Both the position numbers and the translations under genes were made by a program. A DNA stretch of 64,000 nucleotides from Mobula hypostoma (Eukaryota): assembly GCF_963921235.1 (NCBI RefSeq), contig NC_086109.1, positions 37,140,001 to 37,204,000 on the forward strand, given 5' to 3'. This document shows, one piece after another, positions 26,151 to 38,375 of this stretch. The notes beneath the pieces are model-generated. The model saw only the letters and a list, made by a program, of their open reading frames with translations. It was not told the DNA's origin and ran no database searches. The first letter of the stretch is position 1; every line of letters begins with the position of its first letter.

Positions 26151-26871
26151 CACCACCCCCCATACCAACACTCACAACACGCTGGAGGAACTCAGCAGGT
26201 CGGGCAGCATCCGTGGAAACGATCAGATACAAATAACACAGAGTAATGGTTCTTTAAGTAAAAATTGTATGTAATCAGATTTCAGCTGTTTTACAGTGGA
26301 ACATTCAGTAACATTGATATTATCAATTGTCTCCTGCACTCTTGAGACCCAACTGCAAAACTATGTGGCTCTGCACCCCTGTCCCCCTCACCTAAGTTTC
26401 CAGATCGAAGGAGTGTGATGTCTGTGTTTATGCCAACAATGCATTGGTGTGGCCGTCATTATATCACCTGATATTGGTGTAATTCACATTTCTGGAATTT
26501 GATAGCGTTACTTTTTGTAAACTAAAGAAAATCCAAATGAGAATTTCAGAAAATTCCTCTTGCTATCTTTCAGATTTTTGAATCGCAGAGCCACTCCCAA
26601 AAACTCTTTGATTTTGAAGGAGTCTGTAGCTAAAGTGGCTTTACCAATACCTATATCTTCCAAAAAACGAAGGATAGAGCTATATGGAAAACCATGGTCA
26701 CCAAAGTCCGCATCGGATATGGTACCCAGACAGACAGACATATCTTTGGATAATAATGAAAAATGGGAAATGCAGAAAAAAGCATTGAGTACGAGACAAA
26801 AGGGCAGAAGAAGTGAAAGCAACTGATAACATCACAGCTGACAGCCAACAGGCCAGAACTAACTTAATCTG

Positions 26872-29785
26872 AAGCCACACACATCAAAGTTGCTGGTGAA
26901 CGCAGCAGGCCAGGCAGCATCTGTAGGAAGAGGTGCAGTCGACGTTTCAGGCCGAGACCCTTCGTCAGGACTAACTGAAGGAAGAGTGAGTAAGGGATTT
27001 GAAAGTTGGAGGGGGAGGGGGAGATCCAAAATGATAGGAGAAGACAGGAGGGGGAGGGATGGAGCCAAGAGCTGGACAGGTGATTGGCAAAGGGAATATG
27101 AGAGGATCATGGGACAGGAGGTCCGGAGAGAAAGACAAGTGGGGGGGACCCAGAGGATGGGCAAGAGGTATATTAAGAGGGACAGAGAGAGAAAAAGGAG
27201 AGTGAGAGAAAGAATGTGTGTATAAAAATAAGTAACAGATGGGGTACGAGGGGGAGGTGGGGCATTAGCGGAAGTTAGAGAAGTCGATGTTCATGCCATC
27301 AGGTTGGAGGATACCCAGACAGAATATAAGGTGTTGTTCCTCCAACCTGAGTGTGGCTTCATCTTTACAGTAGAGGAGGCCGTGGATTTACATATCAGAA
27401 TGGGACTGGGATGTGGAATTAAAATGTGTGGCCACTGGGAGATCCTGCTTTCTCTGGCAGACAGAGCATAGGTGTTCAGCAAAGCGGTCTCCCAGTCTGC
27501 GTCGGGTTTCGCCAATATATAAAAGGCCACATCGGGAGCACCGGATGCAGTATATCACCCCAGCCGACTCACAGGTGAAGTGTTACCTCACCTGGAAGGA
27601 CTGTTTGGGGCCCTGAATGGTGGTAAGGGAGGAAGTGTAAGGGCATGTGTAGCACTTGTTCTGCTTACACGGATAAGTGCCAGGAGGGAGATCAGTGGGG
27701 AGGGATGGGGGGGACGAATGGACAAGGGAGTTGTGTAGGGAGCGATCCCTGCGGAATGCAGAGGGGGGGAGAGGGAAACATGCGCTTAGTGGTGGGATCC
27801 CGTTGGAGGTGGTGGAAGTTACGGAGAATAATATGTTGGACCCATAGGCTGGTGGGGTGGTAGATGAGGACCAGGGAACCCTATTCCTAGTGGGGTGGCA
27901 GGAGGATGGAGTGAGAGCAGATGTACGTGAAATGGGGGAGATGCGTTTAAGAACAGAGTTGATAGTGGAGGAAGAGAATCCCCTTTCTTTAAAAAAGGAA
28001 GACATCTCCCTCGTCCTAGAATGAAAAGCCTCATCCTGAGAGCAGATGCGGCGGAGACGGAGGAATTCGAGAAGGGGATGGCGTTTTTGCAAGAGACAGG
28101 GTGAGAAGAGGAATAGTCCAGATAGCTGTGAGAGTCAGTAGGCTTATAGTAGACATCAGTGGATAAGCTGTCTCCAGAGACAGAGACAGAAAGATCTAGA
28201 AAGGGGAGGGAGGTGTCGGAAATGGACCAGGTAAACTTGAGGGCAGGGTGAAAGTTGGAGGCAAAGTTAATAAAGTCAACGACCTCTGCATGCATGCTGG
28301 AAGCAGCGCCAATGCAGTCGTCGATGTAGCGAAGGAAAAGTGGGGGACAGATACCAGAATAGGCACGGAACATAGATTGTTCCACAAAGCCAACAAAAAG
28401 GCAGGCGTAGCTAGGACCCATACGGGTGCCCATAGCTACACCTTTAGTTTGGAGGAAGTGGGAGGAGCCAAAGGAGAAATTTTTACGAGTAAGGACTAAT
28501 TCCGCTAGACTTAGCAGAGTGTTGGTAGAGGGGAACTGATTAGATCTGGAATCCAAAAAGAAGCGTAGAGCTTTGAGACCTTCCTGATGGGGAATGGAAG
28601 TATATAGGGACTAGAAATCCATGGTGAAAATAAAGGGGTGGGGGCCAGGGAACTTAAAATCATCAAAAAGTTTAAGAGCCTGAGAAGTGTCACGAACATA
28701 GGTAGGAAGGGATTGAACAATGGGTGATAAAACCGTGTCGCAGTATGCAGAAACGAATTCGGTGGGGCAGGAGCAAGCTGAGACAATAGGTCGGCCAGGA
28801 CAGGCAGGTTTGTGGATCTTGGGTAGGAGGTAGAAACGGGAAATGCGAGGTGTGGGAACTATAAGGTTGGTAGCAGTGGATGGGAGATCCCCGAGCGGAT
28901 AAAGTCGGTGATGGTGTGGGAGACAATGGCCTGGTGCTCCTTAGTGGGGTCACGATCGAGGGGTAAATAAGAGGAGGTATCCACGAGTTGTCGCTCTGCC
29001 TCAGCAAGGTAGAGGTCAGTACGCCAGACTACAACAGCACCCCCCTTATCGGCAGGTTTAATGATAAGGTTAGGATTAGTGCGGAGGGAGTGGAGAGCAG
29101 AGCGTTCCGAAGGAGTGAGGTTGGAATGGGGAAAAGGTGTGGTGAAGTCGAGACGGTTGATGTCCTGTCGGCAATTAGCGATAAAGAGATCCAGAGCAGG
29201 CAGAAGACCAGAGCGGGGTGTCCATGAAGAAGAGGAGGTTTGAAGACGGGAGAAGGGGTCATCGGTGGGGGTGGAAGAGTCCTTGCCGAAGAAGTAGGCT
29301 CGGAGACGGAGACGGCGGAAGAAAAGTTCTGCATCATGGCGAACACGGAACTCGCTGAGGTGTGGGCGAAGGGGGACAAAGGTGAGGCCCTTACTGAGGA
29401 CAGAGCATCCTGCCCAGACAGTTCAAGGTCGGAGGGGATGGTAAAGACCCGGCACGGATGAGAGCTGGGATCAAAGGGAGGGAGGAGGCTGGGGGTGTCA
29501 ATGGAGAGGGGAGGGTTGGGGTGAGAGGAAGATGGAGCCTCTGAGGACGCAGGAGCTGACGATGGGATCTGAAGGAGATGGGATTGCAGAGTATTGGTGG
29601 GGGAAGGGGAGACGGGAGTCACAATAGCAGCACATAAAGACCCGGCCTGGAGTTCAAGGCTGGAATCTTGAGAGCTGGGATCAGAGGGGGGACGGGGGAG
29701 GCTGGGGGTGTCAATGGAGAGGGGAGGGTTGGGGTGAGAGGAAGATGGAGCCTCTGAGGACCCAGGAGCTGACGGTGAAGCCAAT
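26872..29785 (-). mobile_element. Penelope-like retroelement (RT plus GIY-YIG endonuclease, frameshifted)
   Basis: QTKGVAMGTRMGPSYACLFVG, LRYIDDCIG, LPFLDL, YYKPTD; VIYCIRCSRCGLLYIGETRRRLGDRFAEH near 27470-27560; terminal repeat at 26872-27270. Confidence 0.93.
26937..26972 (-). ncRNA. Minimal type I hammerhead ribozyme motif
   Basis: Minus strand AGTC-CTGACGA-A-GGGTCTCGGCCT-GAAAC-GTC-GACT: core boxes, stem I AGTC/GACT, stem II and a GUC cleavage triplet. Confidence 0.7.
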
Positions 29786-29834
29786 GTGTTTCATTCCAGC
29801 TAGAACATGAGTATATATTTGGAAATGTGAACTC

Positions 29835-30150
29835 ATTTCCAAATATGCCCAATATTTATTTATTTAGAGATACAGCACGGAACAGGCCCTTCTGGCCGAA
29901 GATCGGTGTTGCGCAGCAACCCACCTATTCTAACCTCCAATTTAACCCTAGCCTAATCACAGGACAGTTTACAATGATCAATTAATCTCCTAACTGGTGC
30001 ACCTTTGGACTGTGGGAAGAAACTGGAGTACGCAGAAGAAGCTCATGTGGTCAGAGGGAGAATGTATAAACTCCTTATAGACGGTACTGGGTCTGAACTC
30101 CAAACCCCAACACCCTGAACTATAATAGTGTTGCAATAAGCACTACACAA
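29835..30150 (-). mobile_element. tRNA-derived SINE
   Basis: Homologous to 6405-6690. Confidence 0.75.
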
Positions 30151-30404
30151 CCAGGGCATCTACAGATGGGACGCAGTGACCCCTCTGGTCCAACAGCAGA
30201 TGTAATTGGTCACCCTTTATGTCATTTTTATGATCTCAAGACACTGCTGGATATTAATAGCACCAAGTACTCGGGCTTACCCCACTAGCGGTGGAGCTGG
30301 ATTTGTTGCACACCGTGCTGCAGCCTGCTTCAGCCACCCAGGGCCGAGAACTTCAGAGGCAGTGCATGGAGACAGTGCGGAGTCCGTAGGAGGGTGTGGC
30401 TGAT

Positions 30405-30670
30405 GGGCGCCACAGTAGTGTAGCTGTTACAGCTCAGGGCATCGGAGTTTGGAGTTCAGTCCCAGCCTCTTCTTACAGAGTCCCTGTACATCCTCTCCAT
30501 AAAACGCATGGATTTTCTCCAACTCCTCTGGTTTCCTCCCACAGTCTGGGTAGGTTAATTGGTCATTATAATTTGTCCCATGATTAAGTTAGGGTTAGAT
30601 TGGGGTTGCAGGGCAGTGTGGATCAAAGGGCCGTAAGGGTCTATTCTGTGTAGCATCTCGAAATAAATGA
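30405..30670 (+). mobile_element. tRNA-derived SINE
   Basis: GGAGTTCAGTCC B-box-like motif, GGTTTCCTCCCACAGTC core, AAATAAAT tail. Confidence 0.7.
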
Positions 30671-31201
30671 ATTGTCTTGGACATTTTTTTTGTGATCGTA
30701 AGACCCTGTTGGACATTGGTAATGTAAAATACTGTGAATCCAATTCAATAGTTCACTGGCAAGACTGACGGTGGGAGAGCTGCGTTGCCTTTGCTGTTGC
30801 ACAGATAAGGTCCTCATACCTCAAGGGTGCCTGTTGTGGTTGCCATGGAAGTAGACACTGGAGATAGCTGTGTGCTGCTAGATTCCATACTGGGATGGGG
30901 GCTGACCCCTCCCAGCAGTGCTGCTCTCCAGTGTTTGCTCAATGGAAGACAAGCTGGGTTGCATTTTTCTACGGCTGCACTTGCATGAGATAAGGAACTG
31001 CTGCAGGCTTGATTTTACAGAAACAAGGCTCTAGGATGACATCCATGCATCCTCGATCTACAGGCCATGACACTCAGGGTCTTGGGCTATATTATTAGTT
31101 TTTACATATTATTTTTTGTAACTGTATACTTTTCAGCTGTCGTAATTAAATATGCTGTGTTTGACTGTTGGTACTGTGTTTTTCACCTTGGCCCCATCAA
31201 T

Positions 31202-31260
<59 letters not shown>
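31202..31260. repeat. (GA)n microsatellite
   Basis: Directly visible. Confidence 0.98.
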
Positions 31261-31262
<2 letters not shown>

Positions 31263-33019
31263 TGAACAAGCAATTAAAACTGGATAGTGTCCCCAACCTT
31301 GTTCACAGATACAGCATAGATCAGCTGCTGGAGGTATTTGCGGGCTTCTGAAATAATTGAGACTGTCTTTCTTTGTAATTTTCCCTGTCTTTCTTAAGCA
31401 GTTGTTACATCTAACACAGGAAGTACAGTTAAGGAGATGTCAGAAACTCAAGATTTTTCTTCTAAATAACTTAAATATCTCATATTTCCATAACTATGCT
31501 TCCCATTGTCTCACATTAAAATACTTGAGCTAATTAAACATCACCAGATTACTACTGAAGCTGCTTCCAGCTTTGTTTGAGTTCCTATCCATGAACCATT
31601 AATCCATCTGTTCTCAGCACAGCTGCTGAGTATTTTCACTATTTGGTTTTGTCCATTGTTTTTCCTAGGATTTGAACACTTATACCCACCAATTGGAAAT
31701 CTTAATTTAAGCCATATATATAACTGCTAATTTCCATCTCCAAAAATGAAAAGAAAAGTCAGCTTACTACCTTGCTGTGTTTCAACAGCACATCAGTTCT
31801 GAACTTCTGCCATTAATAACCAGAGAGAATCTTAAACAGGACCAAACCACATACCCACACCCACATACTTGCAGCCATATCCACACACATGCACATTACT
31901 GAAAATCTCCTACTGACACTTGCACTGGCACAGCAGCAGTAAATTACAGATTTGCATTCAGATCTTTAAACATCTTACCAAATTCATGTGTATAATGAAA
32001 CAATTACCTAAATACATAATCTATTTAATCGTGCCAGTATAAGCACTAAATAAAATCATTATCATGTTCTACTCCTATGTAATTCAACTCATTTGGCTAA
32101 GGGGCAGAACTAATATAAATCACACCTGATGGGAGGTCTGGAGTCTATTGTCTTCTTTCCTTTCAGTGTTCTGTATTATCTCTTACAGAAACGTATGAAT
32201 TAGGAGAAGGAGCAAGAGAAGGCCAATATCAACTCCACAGTCCAGTCTATCCTGGTTACATTTCATCCCCTTGTTTATTAAGAACTTAACATTATCTTAT
32301 TTGGAAGGTTTTAAAAATTCCATTACCATCTCTCTTTGAGAAGAAGAGTTCCAAGGAGTCCCTAAGTCAAACAGCATGAAAACAGATGCTACGGGCCACC
32401 TATTCCTGCCAACCATCAAGTACCCATCTATAAGAATCCTATTTACAGGCACTTGGTCCGTAGCTAACAGGCTGTATCAATTTCCATACTCATCCAGCTA
32501 GAGGTCCTAGTCAGCGTATGTACAACCTATACAGAAACAAGCATTTGGGAGACCAACCTGATGGATATGCTAGTTGCTGCAGGGCTGCAGGCATCCTCTG
32601 CTGCCTGGGACCTCAGTTTGCAGATGCAGTTCTAACTAATGAACTCCCCAGTTTACAAACAGTTCACAGGAATTGCTCCCTACCGGAACATGGAAGGACT
32701 AGTGCCAGTGCCTCTTAAATGTTGTCAGAGTCTTAGCCTGCATCATCCTCAAAAGCTGCATTCTGAACACCCAACCGCCTTCTAATAAAAACAATTATTT
32801 GCTATATGCTACCTAAACCTCTTACTCCTTACTATAAAAACATATATTTTCTTCTAGCAGAAAAAGTTCATTGCAGTTTATCTTATCTATGCCATTCATC
32901 ATTTTGTTCACCTGTATTATGTCCCCTCCCTTACCCTCCTCCACCCCTAGGAAAACAAATCCAGTTTATCTTGTCTCTTTTCATCACTAAGAACTCTAAC
33001 CCAGGCAATACTTTGGAGC

Positions 33020-34010
33020 AAGATAGGTTGACTGCTTGAGTGGTGCCACAGAAACAACCTCTCACTCAACGGCAGCAAGACTGAAGAGTTGATTATTGAC
33101 TTCAAGAAGGGGCAGGATAGCGAACATGTGTCTATCCACTTTGGAGAATTATCAACGGAGAAAGTCAGCAGCCTGAAATTCTCTGGCATTAACATTCTGG
33201 ATGACCTCTTTTTGAGCCTAGCTCAGATGCAATCAAAATGAAAGCACACCAGCGTCTTTACTTTCTTAGAAGGTTAAGGAGGTTTGGCTTACCGTCGAAT
33301 ATTTAGCCAACTCCTAAAGATGTACTCCTCCAAGAGGACCACAACTGTAGGGTTTGGAGGTTTGCCTATCTCAATGACCTGAAAAACTATGTTGGAGTCA
33401 AGGCCTTATGTTTTAGCTCCTGGTAGGGTGACCCATGCCAAACAGGCCAAAGTGTAGAGGCCATTCTAAGGGTAGTTCTCCAGCCCTCCAGGTTCAGGGG
33501 TTCAGCTCAGAGATAATGACCCTGACTGGTAAAACAGAACTGTTACGGAAACAGCAATGAAGAATCCTTCTACATCTGAGTGTGACGGTATTCCTGAGTT
33601 TCCGCCGGGACTTACGTGACTGACAGGAGTGAAAACTAAGCTACTGACACAATGAAGGAAGCCCTGAACACCGTCAGAGTTGGAGGATCTTCATTGCTAC
33701 CCTAAACACCAGCAGCGTAATGGGCAGAAGGAGGAGAGATGAACTATTGAAGGTAGCCTACCTGGTTGCATCATGGTCTGGTACAGCAAATCAAATGCAC
33801 AGGAGTTCTAGAAACTGAAGAGCGTAGGGGACTCTAACCATTACATCACAGGTACAGCCCTTCCCACCATTGGTAGTGTCTATCAGAGATGCCACTTCAA
33901 GAAGACAATATCTGTCAAAAAGGCCCAACATCCAGGCCATGCCAACTTTTCACAGCTCCCATCAGACAGGAAGTACAGATACCTGAAGTCCCAGACCCCA
34001 AGGAATAGTA
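33020..34010 (+). mobile_element. Rex1/Babar-like RT 3' fragment split by an insertion
   Basis: WCHRNNLSLNGSKTEELIIDF, KFSGINI, QRLYFLRRLRRF. Confidence 0.75.
33327..33736 (+). mobile_element. Nested non-autonomous retroelement (possibly RTE-type)
   Basis: Flanked by AGATGTACT and AGATGAACT (33318-33326, 33737-33745), a 9-bp TSD with one mismatch. Confidence 0.6.
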
Positions 34011-35654
34011 AGGAAAAGATGTGTCTTGGTGCACAATTCCAATGATCTCTGGAGTTGGCAGCACAGTTAGATAGCATGGCAAATAAAGCACAGTATGTTA
34101 GCCTTTATCAGCAGGGGCATATAACATAAGAACAAGGATGTATGGTAAAGCTTTATAAAACATTGGTAAGACCACATCTGGAATATTATGAGCAGTTTTG
34201 GTCACCTCTTCCACTCCAGTTCAGTGGATTCTGAGGTGGTCAATGAGACCAATGAATGTAGGAATTGCAGACTCTCCAGTCGTCTGGAGTCAGGCATATG
34301 AGGTCTCCATAATGGGACTGCTGCTTTGGGAGAGAACTCCATGTTGGTTTATTTATTCTGTCAATGGATTTAGGGAATTGGTAAGCATACTACTTCATTT
34401 ATTTCCATATTTCCTTAAGCTATCAGGTCATTTGACTCAACAAATCGATGCCAACTCTCAGAGTTGTTGTTAAAAATCAATTCCCTTCTACACTTACTTC
34501 CCTTTAACCTATTCTCTCTCACATGACTGTTAAGTGTCCAATTCTTCTACCAACCACCTACATTAGGGGTAATTTAATAGACCTCCTGACTTTGGAAAGG
34601 GAGAGGAAACTGAAGTTCTGTGGAGATACCCATGCAATCAGAGAGAATGTACAAACTTCACTCTGACAGCACCAAAGGACTGGAATGAGCCACATGACTG
34701 TGGCTGGAAGATAGCAGTTCTAAGTAGTGCACCACTGGTCAACCCAAGCATGAACTTGCTCAGGGGTCTTTTTGTATGTGAAGCCATTGTGACAATGGCC
34801 TCACTACCATAAAGCAGTATTTCAGCTCTCTGATCTACTTAGCACTGTTATCGCTGTATTCACAGACTACAGAGTTAAAGATATTGCATATAAAATTTAA
34901 ATGACTGCAGTTTCTTTACTGTGCAACAGACTTCATAAATGACTTTGTGGCAGGTTGATTTAGCAAGGACATTTCTAACTTGCTCTCTATTAGAACATCA
35001 GGTACCACAATAGAAACCTGATCAAAACGGAATCCATCAAAATTTATTAAATTGATCATGTTTGCCCGATAGAGTAAGGAATATACCTATAGAATTTCAT
35101 AAAAATAATCCTCATAATGCAATTCATTTTAAAATACATCCCTACTCTAATCCTGACTCACCCTATTTTTCAGACATAATATAACAATTTGAATGCACGT
35201 GCAGTAATTTGAACAACAGCCACATTTTTTCACTCAAAAATGCAAATTTGTTTTCAGATTTTACTAATCATCCTTTATTATTAATCCAATTTCCTTTGTT
35301 AATTATATTCAAAGTATTGTTCCATATTTTTTATTTCTACTATTTCAATAAGTTTCTAAGTATCTGTGCCTGGCTTTAAGGTAATTGGATATCCACAAGC
35401 TAACACATTATTTACAGTGGCAATGAATATGCATCATACTTAAGTAAGACCCAGTTCTGCATCAATGTCTAGACTTAACACTTTTTTCTAAGCATACCGA
35501 AACAAGATTAAAAACAAATGCCCAATCTTCCCTTGAGCATGGAACTCTTGAGATTCCACTGAGGTAACTCAGCAAGTAATGTTGATTGAACTTGGAATTT
35601 TTGGCCTTTGTCAATGACTCAGTGAGTTTATCCAGTAGAAACTGAGTCCATAGC

Positions 35655-36170
35655 ACCATAACACCATAAGACATAGGAGCAGAATTAGGCCGTTTGGCCC
35701 ATCGAGTCTGCTCCGTCATTCAATCATGGCTGATCCTTTTCTCCCCTCCTCTGCTCCACTCCCTGGCCTTCTCCCTGTAACCTTTGACACTGTGTCCAAT
35801 CAAGAACCTATGATGCTCTGCCTTAAATACACCCAACGACCTGGCCTCCACAGCTGCCTGTGGTAATTCCACAAATGTACCCTCCTCTGGCTAAATAAAT
35901 ATCTCTGCATCTCTGTTTTAAATGGATGAGGCTGTGCCCTCTTATTCTGGATTCCTCCATCATGGAAACCATCCTTTCCACATCTACACTGTCTAGACTT
36001 TTCAATATTTGAAATGCTTCATTGAGATTCCCCCCCCCCCCACTTCTAAATTCCAGCGAGTACAGACCCAGAGCCATTAAACCCTTTCATTCATTGTATG
36101 ATAACCCTTTCATTCCCGGAATCATCCTTGTGAACCCCCTCTCCAGTGCCAGCACATCTTTTCTTAGATG
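35655..36170 (-). mobile_element. CR1 3' fragment
   Basis: ALGLYSLEFR...DVERM...RGHSL; CR1 tail. Confidence 0.85.
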
Positions 36171-37894
36171 AGTAGTCATGTAATAAAAAAAAAGCTTCAC
36201 ATTTATTCTTGATCTCTCCTGAATTTTCTGAACTGAGCTAAAATTTTGGTTGAAGCATTAAACTAATATTAGCATCCTTGGATTAAAGGCACAATTTAGT
36301 CATTCCACAACTATCATTTGTTTTTTCAGTCTCATTGGCTCTGAAAATCTCCTCCTCTCTGCCTCTCCATTTTTAATATACTTAAGACTCACCTCTTGAA
36401 CCAAACTTTTGGTTACCTGACAACTATTGTGGCATTCTAACCTGCTCCCTGACCTGCTGACTTGCTCAAGAATTTCTCCTTAACTCACCTGGTGTTCTTT
36501 CAAAACACTTTTTGGCACATCTTTGCACATTATAAGTGTTCTGTCAATGCCTGATGTTGATGCTTTAATGGTAATCTATGTCAAGAAAAAATTATTCCAA
36601 GTTCATAATTTAAGTATATGAAAAATAACAATAGTAGTTCTCACAAAAACAGAAACATAGGGAAAAAGAACATCCTGAAGGAAAATGCAAATATGACTAA
36701 TACAAGTATGATTTTGCTGCTGTAATGAAATAATTTCCCATTTGGGATCAATAAGGTGCTTATTATTATTATTATTATTTTACAATTCTGTTCAAACTTT
36801 AGATTAAAGTTATTTAAAAAGTAATTAGAAATTCAACAATTAGAAAGTAATGATTTTTTAAATTTTCAGCCATTCATCAGTTGATGGAAATAATGAACAA
36901 AATAGTTAAGATAGATAATTGTCAAATTTCTAGACTTTCAAGGAGACTTTTTTAACAAATAGATGTGAATGTGCCTTGGAAATGATACTTCACGAAGTAC
37001 AATGAATCTATGTGATGTAAAATCTACTATAAAAGTGCACAGGGATGTGTGGGTTTGAAGGCACTTTATAAACAGAATCTACACTAAATAAAATCACATA
37101 AGAAATACAACTTCTTGCCTGTATTCTCTTGATGTAAGAATGGACATATATGGCTTTCTCCTGGCTAGTGAATTCCAGTGCCATAATTCTCCATCGGTAA
37201 TCTGGAGTTACAATAAATCTTCAACCTTAATGGTTTACATCTCTGTCCCATGGTTCTAATTTTAAAATAAGAAAAACCTCAAAATGTCATGTAATATATT
37301 AAGTGACGGGTTTGGGGAAAACAGTAGAATAGGGATTATTATAGTGAAATAGCAACTGTAACAGCAAAGTGATTTGTTAGTACAAGATTGAATTCAAAGG
37401 AACATTTTAAATTTGATTAATTAAATACATCGAGAGATTTAAAACAAGCTAACCCTATTAAGTATAATCGTGAAACTGCTGGATTGTGGTGAAGATGCAT
37501 CTGGTTCATTAACATCGAAAAGGAATGAATGTTTGCTGTCCTTTTCTGCCTAGTCTGGTCTACAGAATAATCAATATTGCTGACTCTTAACCACCTGCTT
37601 TGTTCAAAGACCATCAGCAATAAACAATACATCCTGACGTTTTTATCAATACCCACATCCTGCCGACAAATGAAATAACAGAAAATAATAGTACACTAAA
37701 CATTAATAGCACTAATCTGTGGTTAAGTGCTACTATACAATTGAATGTAGGTTAGACACAACTCAGCGTACACTGGCAAATACTTAGGGACCAGGCTACA
37801 TTACTTTCATCAGATTGTTTTAGAGAACCATACATGTATAATGTCAGTCACTTCATTAATAAAATATTCACTCTTAAAATTACTAAATAGAATA

Positions 37895-38375
37895 TTGGAC
37901 AGCACAGAAGAAGAACAGGCCCTGCAGCCCATGAAGTCTATGCCAACCATGGTGTCAAAATAAATAAATCCCATCTGCCTGCATATGTCCTTTGTATATT
38001 CCTCTGTTCTTCACCTGTTCATGTGTCCATCTCAATAGCTCTCAAATATTGTTATTGTATCTGCATCCATCACTTCCTGCAGGTGCATTCCAGCATCTGC
38101 CAGTCTATGTAAAAACTTGTCTTGTAAATCTCCTTTATACATTGCTCCTCTCATCTTTAAGTTATGCCCAATAATATTTGAGATTTCACCCTGAGAAATA
38201 GACTCTGGTTATAGATAAATATATCTTCCCATAAATATATCTGTCAAATCATTATTATGACTCCATTGCTCGAGAGAAAACAATCCAAGTTTGTCCACCC
38301 TATCCTTATAAAACTAATACTCTCTGATCCAGGCAACAACCTGACTAACATCTCCTGAACCTTCTCCAAGTCCTC
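37895..38375 (-). mobile_element. Old CR1/SINE 3' fragment
   Basis: AACAGGCCC...GCCCA...CCAGGCAACAACCTG pattern typical of CR1 3' ends on the reverse strand. Confidence 0.55.
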
